Shown piece by piece: positions 54,611 through 64,000 of a stretch of DNA of 64,000 nt; within the stretch, counting starts at the first letter, position 1, and each line of letters starts with the position of its first letter. The notes beneath the pieces were generated by a model, which saw only the letters and a program-made list of their open reading frames with translations, was not told the DNA's origin and did no database searches. The stretch comes from Eledone cirrhosa. Its lineage: Eukaryota. The DNA lies in NCBI GenBank assembly GCA_964016885.1, contig OZ024754.1, positions 17,174,001-17,238,000 on the forward strand, written 5' to 3'. The translations under genes were made by a program, and so were the position numbers.

Positions 54611-54885
54611 TTGTTCTGTGATATTACTTGGTTAAGCTGGTCAGGTATCCTCCTCCTCCTTCTTTCAGTTGTTCTCTTACTCTTTCATTTTTCTCTTTGT
54701 TAAATTCTGCTTCCTTTAAATGTTCTCTATTAATGAATTGGTGGTTGTAGTGATATTGTTGGTGTTGTTGTTGCTGTTGTGTGGTTTCTTTCTGTTCTAA
54801 CTGTAAACAGTTTTGTAGTTTGGTTTTTATACCAGTAAATCATGTTAATTGGAATAAATAATAGTAATAATAATAATAATAATAA

Positions 54886-55632
54886 AGAGGAGACCTTAAA
54901 AAGGCTACAGAAGGAATGCTAATGGCTGCGCAAGAGCAAGCCCTCAGAACGAAGTGGGTGAAACACCATATTTAAAAGGAGGAGGCTAGCACACTGTGTA
55001 GGATCTGTGGAGAGAGAGAGAGGAGACTGTGGCTCACATTGTATCCGAGTGTAAACACCTAGCACAGACTCACTATAAGGGCTGGAGACATGATGTGATG
55101 GGCAAGGTGATCCACTGGCACCTATGCAAAGTAAACAATTTACCACATTCTGAGAAGTGGTATGAGCATAAGCCAGAGTCAGTGATAGAAAACGATCAGG
55201 TGAAGGTGCTATGGGATTTTAGGATACAGACGGACAAGAAATTAGAGCATAATAGGCCTGACCTGGTGGTTTTGGGCAAGGAAAAAAGATTCTGCCTGAT
55301 TGTAGATGTAGCCTGCCCATTTGACACGAGAGTGCAAGAAAAGGAGAAGGAGAAAATTAACCGATACCAGGACTTAAAGTGGGAGGTAAAAAGGATTTGG
55401 AACTGCCATGAAGTCAGAGTTGTCCCGATTGTCATAGGCGCACTAGGTACTATCTCAAAGAGTTTCCAAGGATTAGTCTAGCCCCGCTTTTTGGAACACT
55501 TCAAAAGGCATACTTGCTGGGAACAGCAAGAACCCTCCGATATGTCCTGAATCTCTGAGGCTGCAGGTAGTGGCTTGATATTCATTTCAACAAACTTTCC
55601 AGTTAAATAACATCAATGACTGAGACTCAAAG
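54886..55632 (+). mobile_element. 5'-truncated R4/Dong-like non-LTR retrotransposon (CCHC plus restriction-like endonuclease), defective
   Basis: GDLKKATEGMLMAAQEQALRT, CRICG..ETVAHIVSEC, WRHD, RPDLVV..IVDVACP..EKEKINRYQDL, VPIVIGALG; stop and frameshifts; (TAA)n on both sides. Confidence 0.88.
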
Positions 55633-56156
55633 AATAATAATAATAGTAATAATAATACCAATGTTATAATAATAATAATGATGATATGATGATGATGATG
55701 GTGGTGGTGGTGATGTTGGTGGTGATGATAATAATAACAATGATAATGATAATAATGTAATGATAATAACAGCAGACTGTTATTGTCTAGATTTGCTTTG
55801 AATTCTTTATTTACTTCTAAAAATTGTAAAGATTTATCATCAGTCAAGGGAAAAATAATTTGTTTACTTCATATCAAGAAAACTATTAGAAATATTCTAT
55901 GTAAAGTTTCCTTCTCATTATACTTCCCAGAAATCTCTTTTGATTTAATAGTATTTAATTGTAAATAATTAAATTTGTAGATAATATCAACCAGGGAAAT
56001 CACTATTCATTCACTCACATGTTCCCTTTTTATTTATTTATGCTTCTTTGCATTCAAATCTCACTGAGGGCAAATTTGTTGTTCATCCTTCCTAGGAATG
56101 TAGTTAACTCTTACCAACCTGGCCAAAACTGGCTCTGGTTCTATACATACATACAT

Positions 56157-56209
<53 letters not shown>

Positions 56210-56212
<3 letters not shown>

Positions 56213-57492
56213 GGTGTGGATGATATTTGTTCGCAATTTTCAACTGCTAATTTTATGCAAATTTTTTTTACTTCCGTTGTCACTCTTGTCTGCATAAAAA
56301 CAGTGACTATATTTCCATTATTTATTTTCAGAATAATTGATTATGAATAATTTTGAACCTCCAAATTTGTGGAAGAGACACAGAGTTGTTCTTGGAATCC
56401 GCGCCGGGAGGACAAATAAGGAAATTTCAGACTTTCTCAGCATCAGCAGGAGAATAGTGGAAAAGGTCAGAAAGGAATTGGAAGATTCAGGATTCGACTA
56501 CGAAGCAACATCAGAGAGGAAAACACATGATCGACGATCTGACGCATTCAGAACACCTGAGTTCGTCGCTGAAGTTCAGGATATCATCAACAATGAACCT
56601 AGCAAGTCGATGCATGCCATTGCAAGGGAGAAAGGCGTGGATGAAAAGCTCATTAGGCTGGTGGTACATGAAGACATTCGCTACGTTTCATACAAGATGA
56701 GGAAAGGACAATTTCTGTCAAAGGCGATGCAAGAAAAGCGACTGAAGCACGCAAAGAAGCTGATCAACAACTTGAAACACCCACTGGAGCCAGACATGGT
56801 GTGGTTTTTCTCCGACGAGAAAAACTTCTGCCAAGACGAGAAGATCTACTCCCAGAACAACAGGTGGCTCGCTGTCTCATCCAAAGACGTGCCCAGAGTC
56901 ATGCAGACAAAGTTTCCGGTGACAACATTGGTCTTAGGTGTCATCAGCAGTCAAGGTGATGTCATGCCACCTCACTTCTTCCCTGAGGCCCTCAAGCTGA
57001 ACACCGATGGCTACATCCGTGTTCTGAGCAAGATAGTAAAGCCCTGGATCGACCAGGTAGGCCGTACGTGTGGCAGCAAGACTCTGCCCTGCCATACCGG
57101 CCGAAAGACCCAAGCCTGGCTGTCAGAGAACTTCGTCGACCACACTTTACCTGACATCTAGCCTCCCAGCTCACCAGACTGCAACCCCCTCGATTTTTTT
57201 GAGTTGAGAGACACCAACAGATCTAGCTACAATACGAAAGACGATCTGAAGGCCAGGATCGCAAGTGCCTTTAGGGGCCTAAGTCGGGGGACAGTGACGA
57301 AAGCCTGTAACCAGTTCCGAGGCCGCCTAGAGGCAGTCATCAAAGCGAATGGCGGGTTTATTGAGTGAGATCGAAAGAACAAGTCATGAAGACAAACTGA
57401 CCCAAGTTTGATAAATATATCTTAAAAAATAAAACTATTGTGTTATTTTTTCCTAGACAGTAATCTTGCAAACAAATATCATCCACACCCTG
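56210..57492 (+). mobile_element. Full-length maT (DD37D family) Tc1/mariner transposon, 1283 bp, transposase disrupted near the C-terminus
   Basis: 27-bp TIRs CAGGGTGTGGATGATATTTGTTCGCAA / TTGCAAACAAATATCATCCACACCCTG and TA TSD. ORF from ~56343 has WFFSDEK; small deletions after 57058 shift the frame. Same family as 24352-25372. Confidence 0.95.
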
Positions 57493-57520
57493 TATGTATA
57501 TATATATATATATATATATA

Positions 57521-58198
57521 TTTATTAAAATAACAGATTAAAGTTTAAGCAAAGAATCGCTGCTTTCACCCTTAATGGGATCTTCTGAAACTAAAAAAAT
57601 CAATCTTTAAAACGCAGAAGTGAATATTTCAAAAAACGTTGCAACTGAAGGAAGACAGGAAGACGATACTTTGGTTCGTGGAAACGTTCCTTGGCAAAGA
57701 ACGGAAAAAAACGAAGATAATACGTCATTATTTGGAGCAGTGAAAACAATTACACGCAAAGACAAACCACGTTTATGGTATAAATGAAGTCATAGACTAA
57801 TATTCTATTAGGTGGTTCGTGGAGATGTTCTCTAGCAACGAACGTAAAAAACGAAGATAATACGTCATTATGTGGAGCGATGAGAACAATTACACGCAAA
57901 GACAAAGCCACGTTTAAGGTATAACTGAAGTCATAGACTAAAATTCTATATAGGAATGATTCTCTTCAGAGCTAAGAATAATGTAAATAAATTACAGAGG
58001 TAATTGAAATTAAATTATAACATGCACGCATCCATATACGTACATACACATGCATATGTGAAAACACCCACCATGGGTATGCAAATACAAGCACATACAC
58101 AAAAAAGCACGCACGCACATACAGAACCCACGTATCGCCTGTACCCACACACGTACAAACGTATACACATAAAAATATATATATATATATATATAAAA

Positions 58199-58229
<31 letters not shown>

Positions 58230-59250
58230 CGTGTATACATATAATTATATAAACGTATATAAATATACACACATAAATATGTATATAACCCGTTTCTTAC
58301 CAGGTTCTTGGTTATGCTGGCAGGACAGTTAGAATGCTTACTTATGTAATTAAGTGCATCATTCGGCTTTCTATATGGGTAGTGCAATTCGACAAATTGA
58401 GGGTAACGTCAAGGTAATTAACGACCGAGAGGTTGGCCTCAACCTGTATGGAGAGGTTAAAGCCTTTAAAGAAGGCTGTGAGTTCTTTTCTGAACCTGTC
58501 GCAATCACGTGGGCCACACCTTGTCATGGTCAAAAGACCGTCATCACGGTACAAACCACCGCCCACGTTGGGGAATTCTTCCTTGATAGAGAAAAAAAGG
58601 AAAAGGCCGATAAGATCAGTAACCTCCTCAGAATCGCTGGTGCCCATACTCACGTCGAATGGACTACTGTTAGATTTTTTAATCCAAATAGAGTCGTCGA
58701 AATTAATCACTGACTTACGGGCATTGAGGATGACATCAACTTCGAAATCCTTAACCACTGTGAGTGTTTTAGCGAAATTGATAGCTCTAAGGAGAAGTGG
58801 TAAAGTGATGGAGTAATTATTGATGTCGAATTGGATAAAACGGCAATGTTCCTTGTTTGTTATGCCGTTGAACCAATCAATCACCGTGAAAGAATTGTTC
58901 CACAGTGCAAGAGTGGCCAAACTTCTAATTGTTTTCACCGCTCCAAATAATGACATATTATCTTCGTTTTTTTCCGTTCTTTGCAAGGGAACGTTTCCAC
59001 GAACCAAAGTATCGTCTTCCTATCTTCCTTCGGTTGCAACGTCTTTCGAAATATTTACTTCTGCGTTCACAGATTGATTTTTTTAGTTTCAGAAGATCCC
59101 GTTAAGGATGAAAGCAGCGATTCTTTGCTTAAACTTTAATCTGTTATTTTAATAAATTTTTGCTCTACAGTTCTTATATATTTGATATATATTTATCCTT
59201 ATCGAGCCCTCTTTGGATTTTAGTCTTCAAATTTATTATTATTACTATAT
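57521..59250. mobile_element. Penelope-like retroelement with inverted pseudo-LTRs (57521-57751 / 58927-59159) and ~90-nt tail
   Basis: ~230-bp inverted arms, each with a hammerhead fold (57542-57592 -, 59085-59135 +), enclosing a PLE RT fragment; flanked by TA repeats; ~135-bp tandem duplication at 57672-57950. Confidence 0.88.
58288..58925 (-). pseudogene. Penelope-like (Naiad-type) reverse transcriptase fragment
   Basis: WNNSFTVIDWF, FIQFDI, FDVSMGTSDSEEVTDLIGLF, GLYRDDGL, VNYLDVTLNL, then after a frameshift YRKPND..YISKHSNCP (PLE thumb). Confidence 0.88.
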
Positions 59251-59459
59251 ATATATGAACTATTTCCGTAGGAAGGGTAAATGAAATAGTTTTTGTTTTT
59301 AAATTCATATCTTACGTCCATATTAAATTTACATTCTGATTACAGACGTCTCTGCTGAGCTAGTCTGTCTTCGTGAAACCTTTGGTAAATGGAATAATTG
59401 ACTTATGTTGTTTATTACATAATTTATATATATATATATACACATACATATTATATATA

Positions 59460-60140
59460 CATCATCATCATTTTACATCTGCTTTTCCCTGCTTGTCAGG
59501 TTGTGACAGGTCCTATTCAGCACAGCATCTCTCCACTTGTCATGGTCCTTCTTCATCTCTTGTGAGCTTCAGTGATTTGAGGTCTGCTCTTACCACCTCC
59601 GCTCATGTTTTTCGTGGTCTTCCTCTACTGCATCTGCTATCTACTGGGATTTCTTGGCAATTTTTACCCAGTGGTCATCCTCCATGCACATCACATGTCC
59701 ATACTATCTCAGCCTTCTCTCCAGCCGTCGCATATCTTCTGCAGTTGCTGCCCATGTCTCACTACCATGCAGCATCGTGCATATCACACAGGCATCATAT
59801 AACTGTCCTTTTGTATGCAGGGAGAAACCCTTCTTTGTCAACAGAGGAAGCAGCTCCCTAAACTTCTTGCAGCCCGTCCTTATTCTAGATACTATGGCCT
59901 CGGAACAACACTCTCAGTCCTATTGATTCCAACTGCTGTTTCCATAGCCAGAATTTATTCTCTAGCTCCTCTACTGATTCTGCTATAAGAACCAGATCAT
60001 CAGCATAGAGAAGTTCCCATGGGCAGCCAGTCTTAAACTCCTCTGTTATGGCTTGAAGGACTATAATGAACAAGAGCGGACTGAGGACCGAACCCTGATG
60101 TACTCCTACTTGTATCTGGAATTCCTCACTAAACTCCATT
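59460..60140 (-). mobile_element. RTE LINE fragment with two internal deletions
   Basis: GVHQGSVLSP and LLYADDLVL; homologous to the 32934-35192 copies; ends in a GAT tail. Confidence 0.9.
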
Positions 60141-60170
60141 ACTTGCAAATATATATATATATATAAATAT

Positions 60171-60463
60171 AAAATCAGTGCTGCATCGAAACTCAATTTA
60201 TTGTGTATTACAATTGTTTCCCCGGCGAACCGCTCGAGGAATCAATAGACATGTCTGAGGAACCTGCGAATCCAGAGTCAGGTTGATCCACACACAGATC
60301 GCTCCTCAAGCTGTTCGCCGGGGAAACCATTGTAATACGCAATAAATTGAGTTCCAATGCATCACTGACTTTTTGTTTTCCATTCTATCATACTCTGCTC
60401 TGTAGAAGCATAGAGTGCTCAACCGGCATACTGCCTATGGACGCATCCTAGCTACCACAAGGC
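60171..60463 (+). mobile_element. Fold-back element (arms ~60171-60240 / ~60303-60374) plus tail; tail-only copy at 43803-43850
   Basis: Inverted arms with GAAACAATTGTA. The tail CTCAACCGGCATAC(T/C)GCCTATGGACGCAT recurs at 43.8 kb next to (TA)n. Confidence 0.7.
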
Positions 60464-60497
60464 ATATATATATAAATATATATATACTTTATCAATG

Positions 60498-61097
60498 AAA
60501 GAGTATTTAAGAACATTTAATTACTAACTCTCGTTTCATCCAAGCACAAGGCCGGAACCATCAGAGTATAAATCAAAGGTTAAAAGACAAATAAACTTGT
60601 CCAAGAATATTTTGAGGATACACAATATGGGAAGAAAGCATAAATATTAACATTTATATTAGAGAAGAAAGCAAAACTAGAAGAGGCATAAGAAAAATAT
60701 ATAAATACAATTATGAGCAGCTAAAAGCATTAAAAATCTACAAAACATGCATATTTCTCTTTACCAGCATGTTTTAAGATTTTTAATGCTTTTAGCTGCT
60801 CATAATTGCATTTATATATTTTTCTTATGCCTCTTCTAGTTTTGCTTTCTTCTCTAATATAAATGTTAATATTTATGCTTTCTTCCCATATTGTGTATCC
60901 TCAAAATGTTCTTGGACAAATTTATTTGTGTTTTAACCTTTGATTTATACTCTAATGATTCCGGCCCTGTGCTTGGATGAAACGATCGTTAGTAATTAAA
61001 TGTTCTAAAACACTCTTTGGTTGTTATTTATAAATTATTTTGGCTCTGTAATAAACTTATTTTACATTGAGCTATTCTCATACTTGTAACTGGATAA
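60498..61097 (+). mobile_element. Fold-back Penelope-like element, ~250-bp arms, hammerhead at 60948-60994 (+) and 60522-60568 (-)
   Basis: Arms 60498-60750 / 60767-61018. TACT-CT(A/G)ATG(A/G)-TTCCGGC..GCTTGGAT-GAAA-CGATCG-TT-AGTA. Confidence 0.82.
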
Positions 61098-61300
61098 TAT
61101 TTAATATTACACACATTTTATATATATATATATGTGTGTGTATATGTATGTGGGTGTCTGTGATCTATATACACTGGTCATAGACACACACATATATATA
61201 TATATATATACATGACACCACCACCAGCTCTCTTCCATTCTCCTTCTCTGTTTCCTCTCCCTCTCTCTCTCTATGACTCTCTTTCTCTCTCTCTATGTCT

Positions 61301-61375
<75 letters not shown>

Positions 61376-62293
61376 CCTCTGTTTATGAAGTTACCCGGAA
61401 AAACCCATATCTTGGGAACCCGTGGTCCGATTTACGCAAAACTTGTTTTACCATTTCAGGGTCAACTTCCTTTCAAAGTATTTCCCCATTATGTGCCCTT
61501 TCCGCTGTATTACATTACAGACAAGCAAGCAAGCAATCACAGACTTTTAGTACTGTATATACTAGCAGAAAAACCACCCTTCGGATGGTTTTCTGCTAGC
61601 ATGTGTAGTGTCCATATTGAAATTATACGCAAGTATATATGCATGTAGATATGATACATCAAATAAAATCATAATTGACAATCATCATCATCATCATCAA
61701 CGTTTAACGTCCGTGTTCCACGCTTGCATGGGTTTGGACGGGGGTTTTCCCACTTGAGGCAAGAGTGATTGTCTTGCTCGCATAGGACTGTCTGGCGGGT
61801 TTTCTACAGTTGGATGCCGTTCCTAACACCAACCACATTTACAGTGTGGGGCTGGGAGGTTTTTACTGTGTTGCCTACACGGACAATATACACAGAAATT
61901 GAACGAAGACAGCGTTACACTGTCTTATCTAATCAGTAACGTAATCCATGATACATTAAAAAAAGACGATATTATATATAAACTGCATTAGGAGAAAATT
62001 AGCGACGGAAATATATGAATGTTTATTTAAGCGATCGCTAACCAGAAGTGTTGACCTTTGAAAATTATAAAGAAGTGAATCTTAAAATAAGGAACAAAAT
62101 TATTTATATTTAATCAAGAATAACGAAATTTAGTAGATAAATTATGTAATATTCATTCATTATTTATTCAAAGTAATCCAACTTATTTTACAAACGTGGT
62201 AAAAAAATATATTCTGGACGCAGTCCCGCACTCCTTACTTTATTATAGTTTAGATATATATATATACACACACACACACACATATATGTGTAT

Positions 62294-62495
62294 CCCGGGT
62301 TCAATCGGGGGTAACCACAGTAAGTAAGGTACTCAATACATAGTAGAGTATATAATGTTTAATATAGAAATGGCTTCTACAGGCCTAGAACTGTTTCATT
62401 TGTAGGAAATCATCAGGAAAGCTTTGCTGATGAATTCCTTTGAATGAAACTGTTCTATTCCTGTAGAAGCCCATTTCTATATTAAACATTATATA
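62294..62495 (-). mobile_element. Fold-back Penelope-like element with hammerheads, relative of 33868-34080
   Basis: Same tail (CCGGGTT.AATCGG.GGTA.CCACAGTA.GTAAGGTACTCAATACATAG). CTGATGA-ATTC(CTTT)GAAT-GAAA on + and CTGATGA..GAAACAG..CTG-TA-GAAGC on -. Confidence 0.82.
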
Positions 62496-62578
62496 CATAC
62501 ATATATATATATATATACACACACATCAAATAAAAAAAAACAGAGTGAAAGACTCACATTAATCCCCTATAATTTAAT

Positions 62579-62753
62579 TGTTTCTACTTTTGGCACAAGG
62601 CCAGCAATTATCCAGTGCATTACTGGTACTTTATTTTATCGACCCCGTAAGGATGAAAGGCAAAGTTAACCTCGGCGGGATTTGAACTCAGAATGGCAAG
62701 GGCCGTAACTCTATGCTAGAAAGCATGGCGTCCGACTCTCTACCAATACTGCC
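62579..62753 (-). mobile_element. tRNA-SINE with 18-bp TSD
   Basis: B-box GAGTTCAAATCC plus central domain; TSD AATCCCCTATAATTTAAT at 62561-62578 and 62754-62771. Confidence 0.9.
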
Positions 62754-62938
62754 AATCCCCTATAATTTAATGATCTCAAGGAACAGACACCGAGCTCTTT
62801 AAGACAGTATATAGAGGAAAGTACACAAAGAGGTATGTGTTGAATCATAGGGGACATGATACCACCAGAGTGAAAATCATATAATCTACCAACAGAGTGG
62901 AAAATACACAAGAATTAAAAGGATAAATTAAAATGTAC

Positions 62939-64000
62939 AGACCATTGTTTATAACTGTATCTCCTGGACACTCTGAAGACCATTGTTTATAACTGTATCT
63001 CCTGGACACTCTGAAGACCATTGTTTATAACTGTATCTCCTGGACACGCTGAAGACCATTGTTTATAACTGTATCTCCTGGACACGCTGAAGACCATTGT
63101 TTATAACTGTATCTCCTGGACACGCTGAAGACCATTGTTTATAACTGTATCTCCTGGACACGCTGAAGACCATTGTTTATAACTGTATCTCCTGGACACG
63201 CTTAAGACCATTGTTTATAACTGTATCTCCTGGACACGCTGAAGACCATTGTTTATAACTGTATCTCCTGGACACGCTGAAGACCATTGTTTATAACTGT
63301 ATCTCCTGGACACGCTGAAGACCATTGTTTATAACTGTATCTCCTGGACACTCTGAAGACCATTGTTTATAACTGTATCTCCTGGACACGCTGAAGACCA
63401 TTGTTTATAACTGTATCTCCTGGACACTCTGAAGACCATTGTTTATAACTGTATCTCCTGGACACGCTGAAGACCATTGTTTATAACTGTATCTCCTGGA
63501 CACACTGAAGACCATTGTTTATAACTGTATCTCCTGGACATGCTGAAGACCATTGTTTATAACTGTATCTCCTGGACACGCTGAAGACCATTGTTTATAA
63601 CTGTATCTCCTGGACATGCTGAAGACCATTGTTTATAACTATATCTCCTGGACACGCTGAAGACCATTGTTTATAACTGTATCTCCTGGACACTCTGAAG
63701 ACCATTGTTTATAACTGTATCTCCTGGACACACTGAAGACCATTGTTTATAACTGCATCTCCTGGACACGCTGAAGACCATTGTTTATAACTGCATCTCC
63801 TGGACACGCTGAAGACCATTGTTTATAACTGTATCTCCTGGACACGCTGAAGACCATTGTTTATAACTGTATCTCCTGGACACGCTGAAGACCATTGTTT
63901 ATAACTGTATCTCCTGGACACGCTGAAGACCATTGTTTATAACTGTATCTCCTGGACACGCTGAAGACCATTGTTTATAACTGTATCTCCTGGACACTCT
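62939..64000. repeat. 38-bp tandem repeat, ~28 copies, runs off the window end
   Basis: Unit AGACCATTGTTTATAACTGTATCTCCTGGACAC(G/T)CTGA. Confidence 0.98.

Noticed and set aside
57672-57950. SECIS-like hairpin (minus-strand ATGA..CAGTTATAC..AAA..GTGTAATTG) in the duplicated segment of the Naiad-type element
   Set aside because: ATGA-to-AAA spacing is too long and the 3' GA of the quartet is missing; no in-frame TGA is seen in the RT fragment. SECISearch on a family consensus would settle it.
58927-59007. N-terminal part of the 221-aa RT ORF
   Set aside because: This is read-through from the inverted pseudo-LTR arm, not RT sequence.
61380-62256. Possible Helitron/Helentron-type remnant split by an RTE-tail insertion
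   Set aside because: Only weak terminal and internal motif resemblance; boundaries could not be supported.
62939-64000. CTGAAGA in every 38-bp unit as a possible hammerhead satellite
   Set aside because: No GAAA and no helix II/III arrangement follows the motif.

Overview
AT-rich, repeat-dominated animal genomic DNA. The SINE, RTE and microsatellite landscape suggests a coleoid cephalopod such as an octopus; this is an inference. There is one clear host gene, an intronless-CDS class A peptide-type GPCR (17562-18674, minus strand). The rest is tandem arrays (34, 49, 48, 48, 36, 14 and 38 bp units), long (TA)n tracts and transposon remains: RTE LINE fragments with a PHD-like finger, DD37D (maT) Tc1/mariner elements, a Dong/R4-like RLE fragment in (TAA)n, hAT, piggyBac and pogo-type MITEs, tRNA-SINEs and a 5S rRNA-headed retrocopy. 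The most striking unannotated signal is about 17 short fold-back elements from many unrelated sequence families. Almost all sit in or beside (TA)n with the layout inverted arm + direct arm + unpaired tail, and many carry a foldable minimal type I hammerhead ribozyme. One family is physically linked to a Penelope-like (Naiad-type) reverse transcriptase. All coordinates and folds were read by eye. Most ORFs in the supplied track are microsatellite artefacts.
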